Source: Camelus dromedarius
Lineage: Eukaryota
DNA: 64,000 bases
Assembly (NCBI RefSeq): GCF_036321535.1
Contig: NC_087437.1
Coordinates: 49,106,001 to 49,170,000, forward strand
Direction of reading: 5' to 3'
This document shows positions 36,906-48,500 of the stretch, piece by piece. The notes under the pieces were generated by a model. It made no database searches. It was not told the DNA's origin and saw only the letters and a program-made list of their open reading frames with translations. Made by a program: the position numbers and the translations under genes. Position 1 is the stretch's first letter. The number at the start of each line of letters is the position of its first letter.

Positions 36906-39900
36906 GTTTGTATTATTGTTCTTAAACTGTAATAAGGGCTAAGAGGGTGTAAAATTACCCCATATGGTCTTATTTGGAGCTGGGAGAGAGGGGTCAGAGA
37001 AAGCTTTCCCAAGGAAAGGATATTTGAGTTGAGATCTGCAGAATGGGTAGGACTGAAGTAGACTGAGGGGATTGGAGGTGGAGAATGGAGTGGGGATGAA
37101 GTTGTTAAAGAACTTTCCAAGTGGTGGGAAGAACATGTGCAAACACCCTGAGGCAGGAGGGAATCTGTCCTCTTCAAGGCCCCAGAAATAGCCCAGGGTG
37201 GCTGGAGTGCAGGGAAGGAGAAATGACAAGAAAAGAAGTGGTAATGACTTTGCTCACAGCAGGAACTTGAGTTTTCTCAGACTGTTTTTTTTTTGTTGTT
37301 TTTTTTTTACAGTTTTGCTTCCTCTTCCCCACCCCCACCTCTGCCCACCCCACCCCTGCAAACAAAAGATGGGGGAACAAATATTTCTCTGTGCCTTCTC
37401 TGCTCAGCCTTGCAAATGAAAATAATTCACAAGAGGCTCTACTTACATAACCAAAATACAACATTCTGTCTAAATATTAGATGTAAATTAAATTGCCTCT
37501 TGGTGTTCAACTTATCTTTTTGTATGCATTATAATCCTCTATTTGTGTTTATGCTCCACAGCTGGAGTGCTGCAACTAGCTGGGGGAAAAAAATTATAAT
37601 ACTCGATACAAAAGAGGTGGGGTGGATGGGTACTAATTAAACCTAAGTAGTAAGAGACTTAAGGAAAAAGAGATTTCTGTATCTCTTGTAATGGGATGAA
37701 TGTCATGTTCCAGTTCCTACTTTATGTAAAATCCATTATACAATATGTAAAATAATTCTCCAAATCTTGATTTCCTCAGTTGAAAATGACCCTGAGCATA
37801 AACTCTAAGTAGAGGAAGGTTTGAATTTCTTGATCTTTGCACTCTTTTGTTCTCTCAGAACGTGATGTCTTAAATCAGCAGAATAATTTAGGACTGGTAG
37901 ATATTGAAACAACTAATTTTTCTTTTCTGTAATCTGCATAGACTTCAAAATGCCTACAAAGCACAAAGTGCCAGTTCATATAATTTGTTGGCAAGGATAA
38001 AAAGAAGAAAGGAAATTATTTCCTAAGCGTGTGAATCAGCCCAGCTTTAACAGATATTTTTCTGTCATGTGCAGCCTGAGGGCTTATGCCTATCTGAGCT
38101 TTATTTGACAATTACCACTTGCCAGCATAATTAAATGATAATTTATAAATACTAAGAAAGCATAATGGGGGAGAGCAAATAGGTGCTTATCAGGGCATTG
38201 AATAAAGTTGATCTGCTTCAGTGGCAATTTTCATCTCTTATCTTGGTTGTTAACTGGTCTCACTTTTACGTGTGTTTTGTTTAGGTTTGATATTTGTTAG
38301 GGTGATATTATCTACCTGCATAGACACATTTTCTCCCCATACAGAATTCTAATATTTCTTTTGCTGTTCTTTTTTGCAGCCAACATATTTACGAAATACT
38401 GCGTGTATTTCAATTCAGCATGTAAATTTAGCTTCTAGAATTGTACATGCTGCTAGAGAAACCCTAAACAAATGAGTAATTTTTCTGTTTATCTCCCCTT
38501 CACCTTATTTTTTTCCCCGTGAATAAGTTCTTTTCTGTGTTGTGTCTGTGATTTTCTTTTAATCGTTTTTTTTTAATCACCTGGGCTTTGCAGTTAATTA
38601 CATTCCACGGAGTCTCTTCATCTGTTTCCTAGAACGCTGGCAGATTTTTTCTAAGTGAGTGAGAAGGCACACATGTAAGCCAGGACTGGTGAGAAGGGCT
38701 TCCTAACCTTGCAGTGATAAGAATGATACTTTATATGCAGCATGGAAATTTTGCTACGTTCCTATTGAATATAGAAATCACCCAAAGAAGAATTCTGCAG
38801 GAAAGATGGCTTTTGTCCTATCAGTGTCTCTTCTCAAGGTTCCTTACCTATTATAAATATTACGGCCATCTCTGCAGAAGCTGTTGTTAGGCCATGGACA
38901 GAAACACAGATTTATCCTGGGTAACGTAGATAACGTGGTGCAAGAGCAATCCTCTATTTGAATGGAAACAAATCAGTAGAATGGCAAAAATATATATATA
39001 TTGAATTTCCACACCTTTACAAAAGCATGTTTGAAGAAGGCAAATGGGTGGGGAAAGCAAGATATTGTTAGTGGGTCGAAAAGAGCCTGAGGTCTTCTTT
39101 TTTTTTTTTTTTTTTTTTTGCCATCATGAAATTAAATACTTTTAGTAACTACTGATTAGGGTTGTGGTGGTTAAAGTGAAGAGTGTGGGAATGGCTTATC
39201 AGAGGAATAACAAAATAAAAGGCTTTGGTGTTTCAAGTTGTCAATTCCTTGAATTATTCAGCATTTTGACCATATAAATAGCAATTATTTGCCTTTTTCA
39301 GTGCTGAAAAATAATCTTTCATATTCAAATATTTAAATATACAGAGCCGTCATTGGGGCAAAAAAAATTCTAATGTCAGAACAGATTTTTATACAAGGAA
39401 TAATTTGAAAGTGGTGGATTAGTTTCCACCTTTTGAAACACAGTGCTTCCTATAATCTTCAAACATTATTTAGGATAATAGAAGCCATCATCCTGGTTCT
39501 CAAATGTTAGCACTTCCATTAGAATTTGCAGCTACCTCTTATTTTTTATATTAAAATACAAGGCTTAAAAGGTATTATCTTACTAAAGGGGGGCAATTGT
39601 AGAGATGATTTGATTGAATAAAGGAAAAAGCTGTACAGGCCTTTTAAGATCAAGGATGTATTGATGGAAAGCTATCATTAGAGACAATTAATGTTCTCCA
39701 AGGGAAGAAATTGATTATGGACAAAGATGGACCCTAAGGAGCAGATATGTCTTAATGCTCTAAAGCCTTAAGGATTATGCATTTCATTCACAGCATCTGT
39801 ATTTTAACCCTTTGTAGTAACTAAAATACTAGCTTATTCTTGCAGAATGGCATAAATTGTTAAAAAAAGAAACATTGTGCCTTGTAAAAGATATTCATAG

Positions 39901-41229
39901 TGACTGACATTTGATTCTTTAAATAATAATAAAATAATTAAATTTGTACCATCATTTCTCTACGTTGCCCTTTAGAGTAGAGTGAGGCATAAATATACAG
40001 AAGAAATGAAATTAGACAGTGATGACCATTCTTCAACATTTTGGAAGTATGGTAATGCCCAATAATTACATTAAAGATGTGCTTTCATTCGGAGCCCCTG
40101 AACTTCATCTGCATTTGTTTCCAAATAATATATCCCTTTAACTTTCCTTGTCCTTTCTGTAGATCTTGTACAAAGCATTCATCATGTTTTTAGCCAGTCC
40201 CCAGCAGCCGTGGATCACAATCGGGTACTTAATAAGGTGGCAACCCCACTGGGAACATTTCACATAATTATTCTTAGCAGAAAGAAGATTGTTATGTTTT
40301 TTTTTTTTTTTCCTTTCTGAGTTTGGCAAAATTCCAAGTGATTTGTTTTGGGCTCCTAAAAACCAGTTATATACCATTGGTGAATGATACTTCATGTATA
40401 GTCAGTATCCTCCCTTGCCTGTAGAATGCAATATTGCAGACCAGCAGAGTCAGTTTAATTGTACACTTGGCCTCCTCGGATCTGGGAGCAGCTCCAGAAC
40501 AAGTAGATGATGCAAACTGCTTTTTGGCCACAAATTTCAGAGGGTGTCAGTCTGAGCATGGGAATGTTTTTAGAAATCAGTCTCTCTAAGACTTCACTGC
40601 ACTCTCTAACAGAGAAATATGATTATTGCTAGATAATTAGGAGAAACTCACAGATGGAAGTAGTAAATAGTTTATTCAGAGAGCTCCATGATTTTAAGTA
40701 TCAGGCAGGGGAAGGGACGTTAGAGCCTGGGCCCTCACTTTGGGCTTATAGAGTTTAGAAATAACTTATTTAGTTAGTTTACATCATTAAAACAATTAAA
40801 ATTCTTATAATTTAAAGGCATATCTCGATACTTTGGAATCTTAAATATTATGTATTCACTGTTTTTTTCCAAAAATTTCAAACAATTTGGAAATTATTTT
40901 AAAGAGTAGTGGGTGAATATGCATGGTATATTCTATGTTGGTGACTATGTGAGTGGCTTTTTCTGGTAAGACAAGCATCTTTACATGTGAGAAGATAGTT
41001 CCCTATATGGTTCTTTTAACAACAACAAAAAATAGAGCACAAGACATTATATATCGAAAGGTCTAAATTAAAGAAAGATTATGGTTAATTTTTCTTATAA
41101 TTCTGATAAAAAGAGGGAAAATGTAGGTGTTTTGTCTATAATTTTCATTGACCATGTTGCTGGTGAGAAGTGGCATTATACTAAGGGCCTTTTAGAGAGG
41201 GAGTATGGTTTATGAAAAGAGTGAGAATA

Positions 41230-41990
41230 ACTAAGTAAAAGCTCCAAACTAACTAAATGCTGCTGAAGTTTTGAACTTGAATGCCTGGGGAGATAGTCAT
41301 ATCATTAATAAAAATCAATGAGGGAGAAGAATGAGCTAGGCTGAGGCATTTTGTTTCTGAGGGTCTGGTCAAATCCAGGCAGAGATGCCCAGCAGGCAAT
41401 TGAAAAAAAGCCTGGAGTTTAGGAGAAAGGTCAAAGTTTAGAATATTGATTTGGAGATGTAAGAAAGAATTAAAATGGTAAGAGAAAGAACGCAATAATC
41501 TGTGAAATAAACCCAGAGAGAAGAAACTTTCAGGGACAGAGTAGTCAGGTGCCTAATATGACCCAGGGAGAAGAATGAGAACCTAGAAAAAGGCTGTTGG
41601 GTTTGACCATTGCTAGCTCAGTAGTGGGCTGGAAGTCAGATCTGCTTAGATTTAAATCCTAATTCCCCAATTATTAGGGGAATTTTGCACCCTTGAGGAA
41701 GTTAATCTCTCTAGGCCTACCTAGTTTGTTCCTCAAAACAACCCTGAAAAGTGGTGAAGTTATTAGGACACAACTGAGGTGCAAAGAAGTGAGTAACTTC
41801 CCCACAGGAGCACAGCTAGTAATTACTGGATAGGAATTAGAACCACCACCCACTAATCTTCTTCCTGTTTCACAAATCAGTACCAGAGATGCAGGAAAAT
41901 TAAACAAAGTGATTAAAGAGGCAGAGCCAAGATCTGAACCCATGCCCATCTGATTCTCAACTAATATCTGTTCACTATATCCTTTCCAAT
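41230..41990. mobile_element. L2 fragment followed by MIR fragments
   Basis: GCCTGGAGTTTAGGAGAAAGGTC...GATTTGGAG (L2); GAAGTCAGATCTGCTTAGATTTAAATCCTA and AGTAACTTCCCCACAGGAGCACAGCTAGT (MIR). Confidence 0.7.
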
Positions 41991-42045
41991 TACTGACTAT
42001 GAGATTTTGGAGAGGGGACAACTTATAGGGATCAAAAATACTGGA

Positions 42046-42431
42046 TCATATGATATCACTTATATGTGGAATCTAAAAAAAAAAAAAAAAAAAAGACAAA
42101 CGAACTTATTTACAAAACAGAAACAGACTCACAGGCATAGAAAACAAACTTATGGTTCCCAGGGATGGGGAAGGGAGTGGGAAGGAATAAATTGGGAGTT
42201 TGAGATTTGCAGATACTAACTAATATATATAAAATAGATAAACAACAAGTTCATACTGTATAGCACAGGGAACTATATTCAATATCTTGTAGTAACTTAT
42301 GGTGAAAAAGAATATGAAAATGAATATATGTATGTTCATGTATGACTGAAGCATTATGCTGTACACCAGAAATTGACATAACATTGTAAACTGACTATAC
42401 GTCAATTTAAAAAAAGTGTATATATATATAT
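42046..42431 (+). mobile_element. 5'-truncated L1 3' end with TSD
   Basis: TCACTTATATGTGGAATCTAAAA...GTATAGCACAGGGAACTATATTCAATATCTTG...GTACACCAGAAATTGACA. TSD AAAATACTGGA at 42035-42045 and 42432-42442. Confidence 0.93.
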
Positions 42432-42504
42432 AAAATACTGGACCTATTGGCTTAAAGCAGCTCAGTTTAGTGACCTGTGACCTTTGTGGCCTGACTATGT
42501 TGGA

Positions 42505-42686
42505 AAATCCCAGAATGTATTTTCTGGTCCAGCTGCATCGGCATCATCTGGGAACTTTTTAGAACTGCAGATTGTCTGCCTGGCTCAGATCTGCTGACTC
42601 AAACTCTGGGAATGAGACCTGGCAATCCATGTTTTAACAAGCCCTCTAGGTGAGATTCTCGTATGTGCTAAAGACCAAGAACAACT
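42505..42686 (+). mobile_element. MER5A-like MITE
   Basis: CAGCTGCATCGGCATCATCTGGGAACT...GTTTTAACAAGCCCTCTAGGTGA. Confidence 0.8.
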
Positions 42687-42772
42687 ATCTTAATCTAACC
42701 TTGCTTCCAGATAACTCTATTTCTATTGGTGACTGTTGCCAAGTGGCCAGGTGGATCTGATTGTGGCTGAAA

Positions 42773-42936
42773 CTGTGGTTCCCATCAGAATCAACTGAGA
42801 AGCTTTAAAGGTTAGTGAAATCTAGGTGCCATTTTCAGAAATTCTTATTTAATTGGTCTGGGGTGTGGCCTAGGCGCTGGGATTTCTAAAACTTCTCTGG
42901 GTGATCTTAATGCATAGCAAAGGCTGGGAACTTCTG
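42773..42936. mobile_element. MER5B-like MITE
   Basis: CATCAGAATCAACTGAG, TTCTTATTTAATTGGTCTGGGGTGTGGCCTAGG, GGTGATCTTAATGCATAGC..GGCTGGGAACTTCTG. Confidence 0.8.
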
Positions 42937-42944
42937 GTCTAGAA

Positions 42945-43132
42945 CTATTATTCTTGAACTTTAGTATAAAACAGATTTCACTTGGAGAGTTGGTTAAGAG
43001 GCAGATTGTTGGGCCCCCTCCTCAGAATTTTTAATTCAGTAGATCTGAGATGGGGCCAGAGAATTTATATCTAATAAGTTTCCAGGCGATGCTGATGCTG
43101 CTGGTCTGGGGACCACACTATGAGAACTGTTA
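42945..43132 (-). mobile_element. Full-length MER5A-like MITE (188 bp) with 8-bp TSD
   Basis: GATGCTGATGCTGCTGGTCTGGGGACCACACTATGAGAAC. Flanks are GTCTAGAA (42937-42944) and GTCTGGAA (43133-43140). Confidence 0.88.
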
Positions 43133-43313
43133 GTCTGGAAGTTCTGTGTTCACTTTGGGAGATGTGATGAATGGAGCTGGTAATTTCGATCAGAGAGCTC
43201 CCATTCCTGCCTCCAGGCCTAAGTGAGAGTTCCTGCCGAAGTGTCCTGGTGATGCCTCCATGTCTGTATCTCATTGGCAGGGGAGACTTGGTCTGGAAAT
43301 ACATTCACCTGGG

Positions 43314-43472
43314 CAGGGCTTCTCAAACTTCAGTGCGCCGATCACTAAAGGATCTTGCTAATGCAGGTTCTGGATTGATGGGTCTGGGGCAGGCCTGAGA
43401 GTTTGCATTTCTGACAAGCTCCCTGGAAATGCTGATGCTGCTGGTCCATGGACCACGGTGAGCAGCAGGGCA
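43314..43472 (-). mobile_element. MER5A1-like MITE
   Basis: CAGGGCTTCTCAAACTT...GGCCTGAGAGTTTGCATTTCTGACAAGCTCCC...GCTGATGCTGCTGGTCCATGGACCAC. Confidence 0.85.
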
Positions 43473-43614
43473 CTGAAAGAGTGATTTTCAAACTTGCCTG
43501 AGCATCCAGATCACCTGAGGTGCTTTTACTGTAGGTTTTTGGCTTCACCTGAGTCCTACCGAATCAAGCTATCCAGGGAAAACAGCCTCGATCTCATATC
43601 GGAATCTTTGGCAG

Positions 43615-43975
43615 TTTATTAATTTATTCAAAAACATTTATTGAGCATTTACTCCATGTTAGATGCAAACAAAGCAGATGAATAGTTCCTGATCTCATGG
43701 GGCTTATATTTTAGTCAGAGAAACAAACAATAAATACGTTTTTTAAAAAGGTAACTTTTGATAGTGACAACTGCCTCAAAGCACACAAAGCAGGGTTCTG
43801 TGTCCAAGTTCTGCGGTGGAGCAATATTGGATAGGGTCTTCAAGAAGGGCCTTCTAAGGAGGAGCCATCCTTGTCTCAGTTTATGTGGAGACCAAGGGGA
43901 AGGAGAAGCAGAGGCTCTGAGGCTTGACTGAGCTTGGCCGATTGCCAGGAGTTTAGAGGAAGTGGGGGTCACAAG
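43615..43975 (-). mobile_element. L2 3' fragment
   Basis: TTCAAAAACATTTATTGAGCATTTACTCCATGTTAG...GTTCCTGATCTCATGGGGCTTATATTTTAGT. Confidence 0.8.
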
Positions 43976-45510
43976 TAGAGCGATTGAGTGCCCCAGTGAT
44001 TTTGATACTTCCTCAAATTTGAAAAATACATCTAAACTCCTTACCAGCTGTCAGAGAATAGTGTAACACTTGATGAAAACATCATCAATCATCCCATCAT
44101 TGGTCCCTAGAGGAGGAATGTGGACGTTATATAGCCCCCTCATGACCAATAAAAAGAAATCATCTCTGAAATCCGTAGGGATAAAATCACAATCATTTCC
44201 TACTAATGATTTAACTATGCAGAAGTGACTATGTACACAGAAAGCAGCAAAAGTTTCAAAGAACTATATTCCATTTAGAGAATGTTTCTACGACTTTGAG
44301 GGTCCCATAGCATGATAAATACTTTTTGGAAGGCTTGTGTTATTTACCGGAAAGACTGTGTTATTAAAAGGAACAAGAGAAATTAAAAGAGTCAAGACAA
44401 AAAATTACAAACAAGGAAAGAGTAAGTGGAGCTTTCTCAGGTAGGAAGTCAGCGCATATGTTTTTAGCATTATTACAGAATTGTTTTCTGGCTACTATTT
44501 ATGGCTATTATTATAGATAATATTTTTAAGAGCTTACTATTTCCATAAATACTGCATTCAAGAACTACATAAATGGTAGAGGTAAAATAAATAAAAAGTC
44601 TTTGGGCAGAGGCAGCTTTCACCTATATTATTTTTTTCTTCAAGCTGTGAGTACTCCTTAATTACGAGTTAAAAAAAAATTTAAGATTGGTAACATATGT
44701 TGTTGTCAGCATGTATTTAGCACCTGCAGAAATGAACATGAAAAATGTGACAGCACATAGGTGGAACACCCACTGCGTTGACTGTGAACACTGTCAACAA
44801 ATTTTACTTTGTTAATTTTTTCTTATTAAAAAAATCCAAGAAAAGAATTTAATAGTGCAGGTGTTCAGAACATCATGGCAAGATGACATAGTGAAGGGGG
44901 AGGTTATAAACCTTTAGCATGAAAGCTGGGTTCTGGAATTGTGAATCTTTAAGTTTTGCTTCTCACACACTTCCCTCTATATTTCTTAAAAAAAAAAAAA
45001 AAAATCCTCCCTGCCTGTTGGTCTTGGCAGCCTCAGTGGTCCAGGAAGGCATTTCTCCTCTGAGTGAGGGTGAGCAGCAAGCCAGAGCGTGGATCAGCTC
45101 ACCGACAGGACCGCGCACCTTAAGTAGCCTTTTCCAGAGGGTTAGAATTGAGGTGTTCCTTTTGCACTTGGTTTTATAATAATGAAGTTGTAATAACTGT
45201 AGATAAGAGGTCCTATGTTAGCCACTTCCAGAGCAGAGAGGTTCTATGAGTGTAAGTTCTGTCTTGTGAACTCTGGTCCCTCTTACTTGGAGCATCTGGT
45301 GACTGGCATTCCTCACCATGCAGTGCTGGGCAGAGAGCAAGCCCCTGGAAATCCTTCCTGAATGATGCTATGCCGTCTTCTGATCTCACTGTAGAATGAG
45401 AATCTTGCAAGTTGCTTTCCATGATCTCCCCTTTATTGGTGATTTCATTTCCTAATTCTATAAACCCGTTTTCTCAACAGGAATGGATAGTATTTTTCAT
45501 TTAAAGAGAC

Positions 45511-45575
45511 TTAACACAACACTGTAAAATGACTATAACTCAATTTAAAAAATGTTAAAAAAAAGAAAAAGAAAA
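45511..45575 (+). mobile_element. Very short L1 3' tag (~65 bp)
   Basis: AACACAACACTGTAAAATGACTATAACTCAAT plus an A-tail. Direct repeat AAAGAGAC at 45503-45510 and 45576-45583. Confidence 0.8.
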
Positions 45576-47254
45576 AAAGAGACATTTTCCCCAAAATGAA
45601 TTTGCCTAGGTTGAAAATATATTACTAGTAGGTGCATTAAGTTTTACTTCGAAACTTTGAAATTCTGAAAATTTCAGAGTGCCCACAGGATCTTCCCCAT
45701 CCTCCCATCCCCCTCCTTCCACCCTTTTGTGTTGACCTGACTATGGTTAATTCTGGTAGCTTATTAAAAAAAAAGTCATAAACCCAAAGTATTTCAGGGA
45801 CACAAAATAGAAGGATTTAGTTTAAGTTTAAGTTTAGCCAGATCTGTTTTCCCCCAGGCCCAGCAAAGGCTCTTGATTAAGTCACGACTCTGGCTGCGTA
45901 GGGTGGGAAACCTTTGTGCTTCTCACAGCCAAGGGAAGACCCTGGAAATGATACATTTTACACCTTTTAGATGAGACTTGGGAGCTAGAAAGCACTTCAC
46001 TCCCATCCCTCTGGGACGAAGAATCTGTTTGCAGTAATCACTGGCAGTGTTGACAGAGTGTTCAAAACCATCTGCTCGAGGGCAAGTGTTAACTCTATCA
46101 AATCCTAATATTTTAAGCACACTGATCCCCAGGCCCTGGAGACCTCCTGACAGAGCTCTCCTTGGGCTGTGTGGCAGCCTGCCATCAATTATTACCCTAC
46201 TGCAGCAAGGCCTGATTCACCAGCCAAAACTCCGTGAGGAAAGGCCATTAGAGTGACAAATGCAGCAACAGAAAGAATCCACTTCATTCAGGTCTTGTTA
46301 GTTACTATGAATCTGAGGCTTTCTGATTCTTTTTGACAAGAGTTTCTTTGTAATACATATATTTTGCCTTTAAATTTACTGTCTTTAAGTGGGCTTTTGC
46401 TTTTTTAGGCCCAATGCATACCATCTTCTGTATGGGTTTTATAAATTCACGTAGACTTATTGTGCACATAATTATGTACAAATAAGCATACAGACAAATC
46501 TATATCACCAGATTTAAATCTTTTACCAAAATTACCTAATAAAACAAAATTCAGCTGGTAGATTTTTGGTATGTTACTCACAACACTTAATGGCTGTCAT
46601 CAAGTGGTTTAAACTGGTCAGAATATTTATTTAGTGTTAATATAGCTTGCTGGCACAACTGTTCCTCAGTGTTTCAGAATTAAAAGTGTATTGAGCAACT
46701 TTTAAAAAGCATATAGCAATAAAAACATTATAAAGCCCAATGAGCTGAAAATACTGCCTTCTCAAAAGGAAGCCAGTTTAAATTTTCAAGGACAGATCCA
46801 AGCTGTCTTCCCCCATAAGGACCCTACTAGAAAGGAAGTGCTCTGCCCTGACCATCTGTGAGAACATCTCCCTATTCTCCATCCTTGTCAGAGACATTTC
46901 AGTAAAGCTGATGTTATTTGCCATAGTAGCTTGGAGGGCTTAAGGGAGATACTGAGAAGAAACCCAACACTAAGAGAAAGTTCTTAGCCACAAACCTCCA
47001 AAAGCTCAAATGTGACATTTTTATTTATAAATTTTTTGTGTGTGAGAATTTCATCCTATGCCATCTACCAGGCCAGGCCAGTCCATTGTAGGTATTCAAT
47101 AGATAATATATGTTCTGTAAATAGATATAGGCTTTGCTGTACTCTAGCACTAATATTATCTGGATTTATGTTCCAGGTATAAAGGAGAGTAATTGGGGGA
47201 ATTCTGTGGTTATGATCACTGCCACGACCAATGTACCCCTATAGCTTACAGTCA

Positions 47255-47500
47255 CTGATTGTGTGCTACCACATGCCAGGCACTTTAAACTTATTATCTT
47301 ATTACCTAACTAGATCAGCTATATTAACTATGTCCTGTTATTATTATTATTTTTATTATTAGCCCCATTTCAGAGATAAGGAAACTGAGGCTAAGAGAGC
47401 TGTGTCGATTGGCCAAGGTCACACAACTAGTAAGTGGTAGAGTCCAGAATAGAACCTAGGCAGAAAGTTCCAAAGCTCATCTTCTCAACATAATGCTGAA
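47255..47500 (-). mobile_element. MIR, near full length
   Basis: CCCCATTTCAGAGATAAGGAAACTGAGGCTAAGAGAG...CCAAGGTCACACAACTAGTAAGTGGTAGAG. Confidence 0.92.
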
Positions 47501-47670
47501 CTATCTCTAAAAGAGAACTGTTTAATGTCTATGAAATTCTTGGAGGTCAAAGAGCATAGATAAGACTGTGTGTTTTCTTCTAGACTCCCACTGAATGCCA
47601 TCCACTCATTTATTGGTCAGACATTTATTGAGAGCAGAGGACAGGTGGAGATTGGCCTCAGAGTCTAGAG

Positions 47671-47770
47671 CAGAGGTTCTTAGCTTTGACAGTTGCATAT
47701 CCTTTTGAAAGTCTGGAGAAAGTTATGAAATACCATCCCAGAAAAATGCACAAATCCACAATTTTGCATT
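47671..47770. mobile_element. hAT-Charlie-type fragment
   Basis: GTCTAGAG target-like octamer followed by CAGAGGTTCTTAGC...CCCAGAAAAATGCACA...AATTTTGCA. Confidence 0.55.
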
Positions 47771-48224
47771 GGCAAGTATTTTCTCTTTGGGAAGGTGTGC
47801 AGAAGGCGGGGTGGTGTTTGTGAACTTCTAGAAGTTGCCATGTAATGAAACACAGCTAAACCTATAGTAGACATTTAAAAAAAAAAAACTTCTAGGGTAG
47901 TACAAAGAGAACATTTGGTAACTGCTTGGAAAAGTCAGGAAAATGAATCTTACAGTTCTGTGCATTAAACAATTAGACTGAAACCTACGCGTAGGGTCCC
48001 ATCTCACCTAGCACCTAAGAGCTCTGTATTTTAATTGTTCCAGCTAAAGATGACCTTCAAGACTTCTCATTTGATAGTTTCTGAGCCTGATTTTCATTAG
48101 ATGATGCAATATTCTATTATTTTATATTTATTTCTGCCATCCAGAGAACACTGTGTGTTGTTCTCAGTATTCAGTGTTTTGTTGTAGTTCTCATTTTAAC
48201 TGACTGTGTGTCTTTGTCTTTCAG

Positions 48225-48253
48225 TGTGTGTGTGTGTGTGTGTGTGGGTGTGT
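48225..48253. repeat. (TG)n microsatellite
   Basis: Direct reading, with one interruption. Confidence 0.95.
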
Positions 48254-48339
48254 GAGACAGACAGAGACTTGGTGAATGCATAAACATGCTAATTTACTCA
48301 TAATTAGGAGTTCTGGTTAATAGAAGCTCTTAGATCATC

Positions 48340-48500
48340 CGGGCTTCTTATATCAGTTGCTTAAGGTTTCTGAGCTTTAGTTTCCTCATCTAAACAAGAA
48401 TACTTATTTTTCAGGGTTATTGTAAGCATTAAGATAATGTGGGAAAAAAGAATCAGTACTTTACCAGGCACACTTTAAATGCTCAATGAGTATTAATTCC
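48340..48500 (+). mobile_element. MIR
   Basis: TCTGAGCTTTAGTTTCCTCATCT...CAGGGTTATTGTAAGCATTAAGATAATG...ATGCTCAATGA. Confidence 0.8.

Noticed and set aside
44778..44799. Hairpin GTTGACTGTGAACACTGTCAAC
   Set aside because: Short and mismatched; expected by chance in 64 kb.
47985..47994. CTACGCGTAG resembling the end of miR-137
   Set aside because: Only a 10-bp palindrome; the rest of the miRNA and its hairpin are absent.
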